From contig JAYENL010000159.1 of assembly GCA_034722055.1 (NCBI GenBank), positions 1 through 33,988 on the forward strand: DNA of 33,988 nt, given 5' to 3'. Positions 9,171-18,182 of this stretch are shown here, one piece after another. A program made the position numbers and the translations under genes. The notes under the pieces are model-generated. The model was not told the DNA's origin, did no database searches, and saw nothing but the letters and a program-made list of their open reading frames with translations. Source of the DNA: Armatimonadota bacterium (GTDB taxonomy: Bacteria; Armatimonadota; Zipacnadia; Zipacnadales; UBA5352). The stretch's first letter is position 1. Each line of letters begins with the position of its first letter.

Positions 9171-10595
9171 TCAACCGGGAAGCAGCCAGCCGTCTCTGCT
9201 GTACTCGTCGCGGAAGCCACGGTAGAGGCCGCTGGTAGTCCAGATCTCGTCGGCGATCTCCTGCCACTGCCGGGCACGCTCGGCCACATCCTCGTGCAGC
9301 TCGTCGAGGATGCGCTGCCCCTCCTGGGTGGAGTGGGCGGTCGTGGACTCCACGGCCTCCTTGAGCACTTCCGGGTGGTCCACGATCTGGCAGGGCGCCA
9401 GAGGGTTGTTCATCTTCTCGTCCTGGCCCTTGCGGATGCACCTGAAGAACTCGCTGGCCAACGCATCGCGCAGAGGCGTCTGAGAGTCCGTATCGTGGAT
9501 GTTGTGCGCCGAGTAGAGCATGAAGACGCAGGGGCAGATGTCGCCCCGGTGGGTGACGTGCATGTAGCCGCCGGAGCGCCCGGCGGCTATGCAGCCCTTG
9601 GTGAGCACGCCCGAGTTCCAGAAGTCGGCCACGAAGATCGGCTTGGTATTGAGCCACCGCCAGGTATTGCGGGCCATGTCGGCCCGCTGCTGGGGGGTGA
9701 CCATCAGGGACAGGTCGGGATCGCGCCCCACGGGCACGTACATGAAGTACCACGCGTAGATGCAGCCGCGGTCGATAAGCATGTCGATGAACTCATCAGA
9801 GCCCACCACCTCGGCGTTGTGCGCTGTGTAGGTCACGGAGGCGCCAAAGAGGGCCTCGTGCCTGCGCAGGTTCGCCATGGCCTCACAGATGCGCTCGTAG
9901 ACGCCCTCGCCCCGACGAGCATCGGTCTGCTCCTGATAGCCCTCCAGGCTGATGGCCGGGCTGATGTTGCCAAGCTCGGCCATCTCCGCGGCCATCTCAT
10001 CGTCGATGAGCGTGCCGTTGGTGTACATCAGAAAGAGCATGTCGCTGTACTGCTCGAACAGGTCGCGCAGCCCCCGCTGCTCGCCGCGGATCCTCTTCCA
10101 CAGCATGGTGGGCTCGCCGCCGGAGATGGTGATGAAGCGCCCTCCCCAGCCACGGACCTCCTCAATGAGGCCCACCATGTCGTCGTAGGAGAGGACCGGT
10201 TCCGTGTCGCCATAGGCGCCGGCATAGCAGCCCTTGCAGCGCAGGTTGCAGGCGGCCACCGGTGAGATGACGATGAAGGACGGCGCGGGGATGCCGTTCT
10301 CGGACTCGAACTGAGTCCGCCTCCGGTAGCCCTCCCAGCCATGCTCCACGAAGAGGTTCGCGATCGCGCGCAGGTAGCGTTCGTTGCACTGGTTGACTAT
10401 TCTCCGGACGAGTTGGACCGCGGAGTGATCGTTGTTGATGGCCCACTCGAGCAGCCGGAGCTGATGGCGATGAGCGGCCGTCGGTACCAGGTACTTCCCG
10501 AGACGTGCGGCGGTCTGAAGTCGTGAGACAAAGCGGTCTCCGTCCCCACTCATCTTCACGACGCTGTCAATGACCCGACGCTTGATGTCAATCAC
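9171..10595 (-). CDS. Radical SAM protein with N-terminal helical extension and C-terminal SPASM/twitch cysteines
   Basis: ACNLRCKGCYA, SGGEP, YTNGTLID, ISLEG..TDARRG, WYFMYVPVG, DFWN..GCIAAGR, GDICPCVF, PCQIVDHP. GGAGGGG RBS 5 nt before GTG 10595. Confidence 0.92.
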   Translation of the reverse strand: MIDIKRRVIDSVVKMSGDGDRFVSRLQTAARLGKYLVPTAAHRHQLRLLEWAINNDHSAVQLVRRIVNQCNERYLRAIANLFVEHGWEGYRRRTQFESENGIPAPSFIVISPVAACNLRCKGCYAGAYGDTEPVLSYDDMVGLIEEVRGWGGRFITISGGEPTMLWKRIRGEQRGLRDLFEQYSDMLFLMYTNGTLIDDEMAAEMAELGNISPAISLEGYQEQTDARRGEGVYERICEAMANLRRHEALFGASVTYTAHNAEVVGSDEFIDMLIDRGCIYAWYFMYVPVGRDPDLSLMVTPQQRADMARNTWRWLNTKPIFVADFWNSGVLTKGCIAAGRSGGYMHVTHRGDICPCVFMLYSAHNIHDTDSQTPLRDALASEFFRCIRKGQDEKMNNPLAPCQIVDHPEVLKEAVESTTAHSTQEGQRILDELHEDVAERARQWQEIADEIWTTSGLYRGFRDEYSRDGWLLPG

Positions 10596-10647
10596 GCGAG
10601 CCCCTCCAGCCAGCAGGTACGGTCTCAAGTGACACTCAGTCTTCTAT

Positions 10648-10980
10648 ATGCTTCGACGGCGGACGCAGAACTCCTGCTTTGCGGTGACACGGAATAGCTT
10701 GCACACCGAGACCGACGCCCGGAGAACATCGGCGAGCGGGCTGATCGCGCACATGGCGGGCACGAACGTAGGGATGTACGCCTGGTCGAACGTCTGCTGC
10801 GACGGAAGCCGGAGCACCCGCCCTCTGGACGGATACGCCAACGGGCAGAAGATCGATGACAGCGCGGCGGCCCGGCACAACTCCGGTGAGAACCTCGCGT
10901 TCTGCGACGGTCACGTGAAGTGGAGCAACACGCGCTCCAACCTCGCCAACATCTGGGGGATGATGGATCCGACGAAGTGA
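10648..10980 (+). pseudogene. Orphan 3' fragment of a prepilin-type / H-X9-DG (DUF1559-like) gene
   Basis: Ends ARHNSGENLAFCDGHVKW, the same motif as the intact gene at 18183-18878, but there is no GFTLxELL N-terminus, no RBS, and no room upstream for one. Confidence 0.7.
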
Positions 10981-11067
10981 GCGCCGAGCGGCGAGTCCGT
11001 AGATGAGAGCCCGCCACGATGGCCGGCCCTCATCGTGTCTGATGTCGCTGTCGCCAACTGCTGGGCG

Positions 11068-12277
11068 TCAGTGAGCGGAGCAGGAGATGCAGGGGTCGTA
11101 GGCCCTCACCAGCATCTCCAGCAGGTGCTGGATGCGGTCCGTGCTCTCACCCACGATCTGTGGGACGAACTGGCCCATGTCGGCCTCGAGGCTCCCCAGG
11201 TTCTGGGCGGTGGGGATCACGTGGTTGGCGGACAGGCACTTGCCCTCGGCATCGTAGCGGTACTCGTGGAAGAGGATCCCCCGGGGGGCCTCCACGGCAC
11301 CGACGCCGTGGCCCTCCCCCACCTCCACCTCGGCCTGCTGCTGCTGGGGGTCCACGCCGCGGGTGGTGATCTCGTCGATGAGGTGGATGGCGTCCTCCAC
11401 GCAGTGCACGCACTCCACGAGTTGCGCGACGGTGATCAGGAAGGGGTTGTGCACCGGCGGATGCATCCCCAGCCGGTCGGCCGCAGCCTTCGCCGCCCCG
11501 TGAAGCTGGTCGTAGTTGTTGTTGAAGCGCGCCAGGGCGCCCACCATGTACTCCGGCCGGTTCCAGCGGGCGTGCTTGGCGGTGGAGGTCTCCACCACTC
11601 GCTCCTCGATGGCGTCGCGGTAGCGGCGGGTCGGCAGGCGATGGCCCTCACTGGAGAACAGGTCGCCGGCGTAGAAGGCGTAGCGGTCCGGGTGTTTGAG
11701 TGAGACGTACTCGGTGGGCCGCTCCAGGTCCGGGGGCTCCACAGTCGCGAACAGCTCCACGGAGGCGTCAAGGTCCTCCCTGATGTCCACGAGCCGCCGG
11801 CGCATGGGCTGGAACTGGGTGGGATCGTGCAGGAAGCTGAAGCCGCCCACGGTCATGGCCACCGGATGAGTGTGCCTGCCGGCGCCCATGGCGGCCAGAT
11901 CGTAGCCGATCTCCTTCAGCCGCATGGCGCGACGCACCAGGTCGGGCTGGCTGCTCACCAGGGGCATGACGCTGGGCAGGCCCAGAAAGTCCGGCGCGGC
12001 CAGGAAGTAGATGTGCAGCATATGGCTGGAGAGCACCTCGCCGTGGAATGCCAGCCGCCGGAGCATCTCGGTCTGCGCGGATCCCGCAAATGCGGGAGGC
12101 CACATGACACACCTCGGAGTAGGGCAGCTCGCGCACGATGCCCTCGAAGAACCGGGGGGCCTCCACGATGTCGAAACGGGCCTGCTTGAGCATCCCGTCC
12201 TCGATCTGGGCAATGATGTCGCCGCGGCCCTCCACGCGGGTGACGTGGTGGACATGGATGGTGGCCTCAGTCCTCAT
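11068..12277 (-). pseudogene. hydA: Group 3b [NiFe]-hydrogenase large (alpha) subunit, broken by a frameshifting internal deletion
   Basis: 5' frame TRVEGRG...EAPRFFEG...SRICGI joins at 12079/12080 to a different frame AQTEMLRRL...SHMLHIYFLAAPDFLG...VEAPRGILFH...RAYDPCISCSAH*. The second L1 cysteine and the following helix are absent. Confidence 0.9.
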
Positions 12278-13100
12278 CGGCGCGGACCTCCTCGAGGGTC
12301 AACTCCGGCCAGTTGTTGTACACGCGCAGCTTGGCGAGGATGTCCTCCTCGGTGAACTCGTGGCGCTCCACCACCGCCCGCAGGATGGAGTGTGCCTGCT
12401 CCCGGGTGAGGGCCTTGAGCATGGCGCTGAGGTTGGCGGCATCCATCAGCCCCCGACAGCCCTGGCAGGGGTCCCCGTAGGCGGTGCAGATGGCGTCGCA
12501 GCCGCAACGGGTCACCGGTCCCAGGCAGACTTCGCCCCTCTCCAGTACGCAGAGGTAGTCGTTGCGCTTGCACTCCACGCACACCGGCTGGTTCGGCGGC
12601 TCATAGCGCTGGCCGGTGAGGATTCGGTTCACCACGGTCACGAACTCCGGCAGGCTGACAGGGCAGCCGAATGTCTGGTAGTCCACGTCCACCACGGCGC
12701 TGATGGGCCGGAAGGGGATGGTGTCGAAGTCCGCGCCCTCCTCCCCGTAAACGAGGTCCAGCATCTCCTCCATCGGCCACTGGTTCTTGAGGTCGTTGTG
12801 GCAGCCGCCGGAGGCGCAGCTCCCCAGCGTCACCAGGATACCCGCCTGCTCGCGGATGCCCCTGATGCGCTCGATGTCCTCCTGGCGGGTGATGGAGCCC
12901 TCGCAGAAGGCGATGTCGTACTCGCTGCTCTCCTCGCTCATGGCCTCGCGCCAGGTGACCACGTCCACGTGCTGGAGTATCTGCAGGAGGCGCTCCTCGA
13001 GCTGCAGGACGCTGAGCTGGCAGCCCTCACAGCAGGCGAAGTCGAAGAACGCCACCTGTGGCTTGTGGCCGAAGCGCCTTATCACCGCATCCCGTGGCAT
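12267..13100 (-). CDS. hydD: Group 3b [NiFe]-hydrogenase small (delta) subunit
   Basis: FFDFACCEGCQL, EGSIT, LGSCA, FGCPV, VCVECK, CLGPVTRCGCDAIC, PCQGCRG; stop overlaps the hydA start region. Confidence 0.92.
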   Translation of the reverse strand: MPRDAVIRRFGHKPQVAFFDFACCEGCQLSVLQLEERLLQILQHVDVVTWREAMSEESSEYDIAFCEGSITRQEDIERIRGIREQAGILVTLGSCASGGCHNDLKNQWPMEEMLDLVYGEEGADFDTIPFRPISAVVDVDYQTFGCPVSLPEFVTVVNRILTGQRYEPPNQPVCVECKRNDYLCVLERGEVCLGPVTRCGCDAICTAYGDPCQGCRGLMDAANLSAMLKALTREQAHSILRAVVERHEFTEEDILAKLRVYNNWPELTLEEVRADED

Positions 13101-13102
13101 GC

Positions 13103-13989
13103 CTACTCCCTCTCATCCTCCGGCGCCCAGACCTCTATGGCCTCGGTGCGGCCCAGAAGCTGGGTGTACTTGAAGACGGGCCCGTCCTGGCAGACGTAGA
13201 GGTCATTGAGCTGACAGTGCCCGCACTTGCCCATGCCGCACTTGAACCGCCGCTCGAGCGAGAAGAGGATGTCGTCCTCGCGCATCTGCTTTTCCAGCAG
13301 CTCCATGGCGACGTATCGGTACATCACGGGGGCCCGACCACGGCGGCGGTGGTGCGCTCGGGGGCGATCTCCACCTCGTCGCGGAGCGGGACGGTCACCA
13401 CGCCGGTGCGGCCGGTCCAGGCCTCATCGGGCTGGTCCACGGTGAAGTAGGTCTCGATATCCTCGCTGGCCTCCCAGCGGGCCAGGTCCTCGCGGAAGAG
13501 GCGGTCGGCGGGCGTTCGGGCGCCGTAGACCAGCGTGACGTGGGCGAAGTCGTCGCGTCGGTCCAGGATGTAGTTGATGAGCGAGCGCAGCGGCGCCAGT
13601 CCGATCCCACCGGCGACCATGACGATGTCGCGGCCCTGCATCTCCGCGATGGGGAAGCCCGTGCCGTAGGGCCCGCGGATGCCCACGAAGTCCCCGGGGC
13701 GCAGGTCGTGCATGGCCTCGGAGAGGTTCCCCACCGCCTGCACGCACAGCTCGAAGCTCTGCGTCTGCGTGGGCGAGGAACAGAATGAGATGGGCGCCTC
13801 GCCGAAGCCGGGCAGGGAGATCTGCAGGAACTGCCCCGGCTGAAAGTCGAGCAGCTCCCCGTTGTGCAGGTGCAGCCGAAGCAGCACCATCATCTCGGTG
13901 AGCTGCCACTTGCCCACCACGCGGGCCAGCTCGGGCTGATAGAAACGAGTGATGTCCTCGGCGACGTCGAGCCCTTCGCGCTTCTCCAT
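13103..13989 (-). pseudogene. hydG: Group 3b hydrogenase gamma subunit (FAD/NAD(P)-binding, 2Fe-2S), split by a 1-bp frameshift
   Basis: FQPGQF, GEAPIS, GIRGPYG, VAGGIGLAPLRS, then GGG CCC CCG TGA TG where one more base gives GPPVMYRYV, continuing to LERRFKCGMGKCGHCQ...VCQDGPVF. The lesion lies in or beside a 5-nt homopolymer at 13328-13332. Confidence 0.88.
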
Positions 13990-13991
13990 GA

Positions 13992-15035
13992 TCAGACCCT
14001 CTGGCGAGCGTCGGCGATGATGCGGTTGGTCACGTCAACGATGTTGATGTCGGCCGTGCAGGCCCGCGAGCAACGCCCGCAGCCGGTGCAGTAGGGCCGG
14101 CCGAAGTCACGGTAGAGATAGAGGAACTTGCGATGCCAGCGGTGCCGGACCCGCTGCCAGCGCAGCCGGCGGAAGTTGTACCCGCCGGCCACGAGAGCGA
14201 ACTCCGCGAGCTGGCACGAGTCCCAGGTGCGCACCCGCCGCCCGGCGGTCAGCCCCAGGTCGAACTCGTCATTGATGTCGAAGCAGAAGCAGGTGGGGCA
14301 GGTGGTGTTGCAGGAGCCGCAGGAGTAGCAGCGGGAGGCGATGTCCTGCCAGATCTCGTCGAAGGTCGCGCCCTCCAGCATGTCCGCCAGCTCAGCGGGG
14401 GAGGCATCGAGGGCGGCCACCATCCGCGCCTCCTTGTCCTCACGCCACTGCCGTGCCTGGCGGCGGTCCTCGTCCGCGGCCTCCTCCACGTCGGCCACGC
14501 GCAGCATCTGCTCACCGTCCGGGGTAAGCACCTCCACCAGGTAGCCGCGCTGGATGGGCGTGAGGAACAGGTCGGCGCCGGCGCGAGAGTGGCAGCTCCC
14601 CACAGAGGTGCAGAAGCAGTACTCGTCCGGCGTGCAGTCCACGCCGATGACCCTGGCGCGGGCGCGGTTGGCGGGCCAGCAGGCCTCCGCCGGGTCCTGA
14701 GCGTAGGCGTCGTCGAGCTAATCGAGCGCCTCCAGGTCACACGGGTGCACGCCCACCAGCGTGAAGGGCTCGGCCTCCCGCACGGCGGTGATCTGCGGCG
14801 GCTCGGTGAGCTCGAACTCGAAGAGCACCTCCCGCGGCGGGAAGAAGGCCTTCTTCGGGGGAATGGTGGTCGTGGTGTACTGCAGCGTCAGGTCCTCGGC
14901 GCGCTCCACCCAGTCGAAGCGGTGGAAGCCGGGGTGCTTGACGCGCTCGCGGGGGCCCATCACGGGCCCCTCGTCGATGAGTCGCCCGAAGAACCCTCCG
15001 ACGTCCTCGTGCGTCATGACCAGCTCGGTCGCCAT
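13992..15035 (-). pseudogene. hydB: Group 3b hydrogenase beta subunit (4Fe-4S dicluster) with an in-frame TAG
   Basis: ORFs 14718..15035 and 13992..14642 share one frame: PPKKAFFPP...GVHPCDLEALD*LDDAY...IGVDCTPDEYCFC...CYSCGSCNTTCPTCFCF...CTGCGRCSRAC. TAG at 14718-14720; GGAGGT RBS upstream. Confidence 0.9.
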
Positions 15036-15203
15036 GCTTCAGTACCTCCAGCGCCGGCGCGTCAGTCAGTTGCTGTTCGCCAGTCATGCTCTGGGCCCAG
15101 CGGCTGACCGGGCGTGACTGATGCACTCGTCGATGCGTGACCGTCTGTCCTGTGAGCCGTCCGTGCGGGGCGCGCTTCGCGCGACCCCGTCCGCCGGGGC
15201 CGG

Positions 15204-15713
15204 CTACTGCCCCCGCGCATCGGCCTCGTCCTGCTCCAGCTCGTGGCGCAGTCGCAGCAGCCGCCTGATATGCCTGTGTTCCTCCGCGATGATCTCGTCG
15301 ATCGTGTCCTGTTCGGACTCGCGGACGACCTCCCGCAGCCCGGTGTAGAAGCCGATGGAGCGGCGCTCCAGCTCCAGCGCCATGTCGATGGCCTCGAACT
15401 CGTCCTCCATGGCCTCGGCCGCGCAGGCCGCCGCATCCACGTCACTGAAGATGCGCTCCCCCACGAAGGTGCGGACGTAGGCCAGGGTCTCCCCGACATA
15501 GCTCTCCGGAACGGTGTACTGATCGAGGTCGGCCTTCATCTGCGTGAACAGGTCGATGTGCCGGCGCTCCTGCTCAGCGACGTACTCGAACACCTCCGCC
15601 ACCCGCTCGCTGGCCCGGGCCACGGCGCAGGAACGATAGAAGGCCAGGCCCTGGCGCTCGGTCTCGATGGCCATGTCCAGAACCTCAGCGGCCTGAAAGA
15701 GAGAGCGATCCAC
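15204..15713 (-). CDS. Ferritin-like / rubrerythrin-family di-iron protein
   Basis: Duplicated AIETE..G..FY / EQERRH and ALELE..SIGFY / EEHRH motifs; GGAGGAG RBS before GTG 15713. Confidence 0.88.
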   Translation of the reverse strand: MDRSLFQAAEVLDMAIETERQGLAFYRSCAVARASERVAEVFEYVAEQERRHIDLFTQMKADLDQYTVPESYVGETLAYVRTFVGERIFSDVDAAACAAEAMEDEFEAIDMALELERRSIGFYTGLREVVRESEQDTIDEIIAEEHRHIRRLLRLRHELEQDEADARGQ

Positions 15714-15737
15714 GGTTACTCCTCCCCACAACGGACG

Positions 15738-15746
15738 ATGGTATCA
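15738..15746 (-). promoter_or_regulatory. Candidate extended -10 promoter (TGaTACCAT) for the ferritin-like gene
   Basis: Minus strand reads TGATACCAT about 25 nt upstream of the start codon. Confidence 0.35.
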
Positions 15747-15902
15747 CAGCGAACGGGGCGCGCCGGGAGGGCTCCGGAGCAGAGCGGCAACTGCTGGTCC
15801 GGGGCTGCACTCGAGACAGGGCAAGCACCTTCCCCGTGAGTGCCGTCACCACACGCATCCACTGCTGCCGACGTCCTCCCTTCGCTTCGACTGAGAGGGT
15901 AT

Positions 15903-15920
15903 TCGTGAAAGAGTGCACAT
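15903..15920. promoter_or_regulatory. Imperfect Rex- or CRP/FNR-like palindrome
   Basis: TCGTGAA-AGAG-TGCACAT versus Rex consensus TTGTGAA-N4-TTCACAA (11/14), in the divergent gap upstream of the ferritin and hydrogenase genes. Confidence 0.35.
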
Positions 15921-16038
15921 TCTCCTCCCGGCTCCCGGAGATTCTGCCCGAGAAGCAGGACACATGGCGTGAAGGGCCGGTGCGAGGATGTCGCGAAGCG
16001 ATCCCTGCCGGACGGGGCAAGAGGAGCTTCCTGGTGCG

Positions 16039-16434
16039 ATGACGGGCTCGTACGTGCTCATCCTAAGGCTGGACGCGCCGGCGGCTATTCGCGTGGGAGC
16101 GCTGGGGGAGGTGGCCTTCGAGCCGGGCGCATACGCCTACGTGGGCTCGGCGATGGGTGGCCTGGAGGCGCGCATCGATCGGCACCTGCGTGGGGACAAG
16201 CGGATGCACTGGCACATCGACTACCTGCTGGCGCAGGCGCAGGTGGTCGATGTCGTGCGGGTCGAGAGCGACGAGCGGCTGGAGTGCCGGATCGCGTCGG
16301 CGCTGGCGGCGGAGCTGGGCAGCGTGCCCGGATTCGGCTGCTCGGACTGCGCCTGCGGCAGCCACCTGTTCGTGGGCCAGAGCCGGGCGTCGCTTCGCGA
16401 GGCCGTAGCAGCGGCGGTGCACACCTGCTCCTGA
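16039..16434 (+). CDS. DUF123 / GIY-YIG (Uri) superfamily nuclease
   Basis: GSYVLIL, GAYAYVGSAMGGLEARIDRH, HWHIDYLL, PGFGCSDCACGSHLF. Confidence 0.88.
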   Translation: MTGSYVLILRLDAPAAIRVGALGEVAFEPGAYAYVGSAMGGLEARIDRHLRGDKRMHWHIDYLLAQAQVVDVVRVESDERLECRIASALAAELGSVPGFGCSDCACGSHLFVGQSRASLREAVAAAVHTCS

Positions 16435-16459
16435 CGGGTATACAGCGCACGGGACCGCC

Positions 16460-17551
16460 TCAGCTCAGCAGCCAGGGGTTGCCGATACGCACGTTCGTGA
16501 GGCCGGCCTCCCGCGCCGCCGCCAGGCACTCCTCGGCCTGGGAGCGGGGCGTGGGTGGCAGATCAGTCATCTCGAACGCGGGGCCGAAGGCCAGCAGGGC
16601 GTAGGGGATGTCCGGGTCGATGCCGGCGATGAACTGCGCAATGCCACCGACCTCCTGCGCATCCACGTAGCCGGTGACCATCGGCGTGCTGGCCACGAGC
16701 AGCGGCGGCTCAGGGCGCTCCTCTCGCCGCTGGGCCACCCGGCGGAAGTTCGCCAGCGTCCGGCGGTTGCTCACCCCGCACAGCGCCCGGTGCACCGTCT
16801 CGTCCCAGGCCTTCAGGTCGATCTTCACGCAGCCGCCTGTGCTCAGCGACAGCTCCACCATGCGGTCGAGCCACGCCGGGCTCATGCCACCATTGGTCTC
16901 CCAGCAGATACGCAGGATGCGATCGCCGGCGGACTGCAGAGCCAGCCTGGAGACGCGGAGGGCGTGCGGGAGCTGCGGGCCGGGGTCACCGCCGAAGTAG
17001 CAGATGCAGGCGGTGCGCTCATCCGCGGCCCTCGCCAGCTCCTCCGGCGACCTGCTGGGGCCACGGCCGCGGCGGAAGTGCCAGTTCTGGCAGAAGAGGC
17101 AGTCGAAGCTGCAGGCGCGGTAGAACACGGCCAGATTGGTATACCCCGTCTCCGGGCCTCTCCGGTGCGCGTATCGGGGATAGCCCGCTCCAGTTCCACC
17201 GGCGCAGACCCAGTCGGCCACGCAGTTGGTGGGCAGCCGATCGTGATACCACTCCACGCGCCCGTCATCGGGCTCGCCGCCGACCAGCTCCCCGCCCTCG
17301 TTCCGCCGCACACCGCAGAAGCTGAGCTCCCCCTCCGCCATGCGACAGCCCTGCAGGCACAGGTCACAGGCCAGGCCTCCGTCGCTGTGGGGCGCCTCGC
17401 CCGGCAGGCCGAAGCGCTCCCGCGAGCCCGCGTGCACGGCGTCGATACATTCCTGCCACCGAGCGCCATCGGCGCGCAGACACTCCACGCACACGTCCAG
17501 GGCGCTGGTCAGGAGCCGGGAGCTCCGCCCACATCCCGCACACGTCGCCAC
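16460..17551 (-). CDS. Radical SAM protein of the PFL-activase / AmmeMemoRadiSam-like group with N-terminal Cys pairs
   Basis: CxxC pairs (CAGC, CVEC, CDLC), ACSFDCLFCQNW, CYFGGDP, WETNG, KIDLKA, NVRIGN; GAGGAGG RBS. Confidence 0.88.
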   Translation of the reverse strand: MATCAGCGRSSRLLTSALDVCVECLRADGARWQECIDAVHAGSRERFGLPGEAPHSDGGLACDLCLQGCRMAEGELSFCGVRRNEGGELVGGEPDDGRVEWYHDRLPTNCVADWVCAGGTGAGYPRYAHRRGPETGYTNLAVFYRACSFDCLFCQNWHFRRGRGPSRSPEELARAADERTACICYFGGDPGPQLPHALRVSRLALQSAGDRILRICWETNGGMSPAWLDRMVELSLSTGGCVKIDLKAWDETVHRALCGVSNRRTLANFRRVAQRREERPEPPLLVASTPMVTGYVDAQEVGGIAQFIAGIDPDIPYALLAFGPAFEMTDLPPTPRSQAEECLAAAREAGLTNVRIGNPWLLS

Positions 17552-17972
17552 GTCAGGACCTCCTCAGCAGGGCTCGAACACGCTCCGGCCTTCGCGGCCG
17601 ACAGGTCCGACTCCTCGCACCCTGCGACCACCTGAAGGCGATGGCCCGCTCTCGTCGCCTAAGCGGGCTCCCTCGCGAGGCTCCGCAGACTGCTGTGAGT
17701 GCCTGGTTTGCCGTGCGATCAGCGCTGAACGACGCCGACCGGGCGGGCAAGGAAGCCCGCCCCTCCTGACGACGGGCAACGGCCCAGATACGTGGTGGGA
17801 CGCGGGCGCGGCTGTGGCAGGGGGAGAGAGGCGTGGGCGTCTCAGGGCGATGGCCAGCTGGAAGCCGACATCACGTGTCTCTCAGTCACCTCTCCTGGGC
17901 CGCGGGCGCCCTCGCCCGCGCGCCGTTCGACTGAGTCCCCCAACGGTCGAGTGGCGCTGGGCGCCACAAGCG

Positions 17973-18062
17973 GCGAGGGCGCCGGCTTCCCAAGGATGGA
18001 ATGGGGTAGCGAGGCGCCGGCTTCCCAAGGATGGAGAGGGTCGGAGGATGCCGGCTTCCCAA
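17973..18062 (+). repeat. Three degenerate tandem copies of a ~35-bp unit
   Basis: Core GCCGGCTTCCCAA at 17981, 18016 and 18050; copies 1 and 2 share GGCGCCGGCTTCCCAAGGATGGA. Confidence 0.85.
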
Positions 18063-18182
18063 CATCGCATACTCATCCTTGCTGGGGCGCGCCCACCCAG
18101 GGCGTCCTGCCAGACACTACAGATTCGCACCTGCAGCGCCGCCCGCGTTGCGCCGCCGGCCGAGAAACGCTATTGTGAGAAC

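Noticed and set aside
7809..10980. RiPP cluster with the 10648 ORF as precursor peptide
   Set aside because: That ORF is an H-X9-DG fragment on the opposite strand; no RRE/PqqD domain, peptidase or transporter is nearby.
13324..13335. Programmed frameshift or genuine two-gene split of hydG
   Set aside because: The break falls within the conserved GPPVM motif, there is no canonical slippery heptamer, and the operon is otherwise decayed.
14718..14720. In-frame TAG in hydB as pyrrolysine or stop-codon reassignment
   Set aside because: TAG terminates intact genes here (7809, 25319, 31696), no pyl genes are in the window, and neighbouring subunits have independent lesions.
17973..18062. CRISPR mini-array
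   Set aside because: Period is only 34-35 bp, the intervening segments are short and resemble each other, and no cas genes are present.
17340..18182. N-terminal 281 aa of the 512-aa ORF as a fusion to the prepilin protein
   Set aside because: Low-complexity Arg/Pro/Ser translation, overlaps the opposite-strand radical SAM and crosses the repeat; a prepilin cleavage site must be near the N-terminus.
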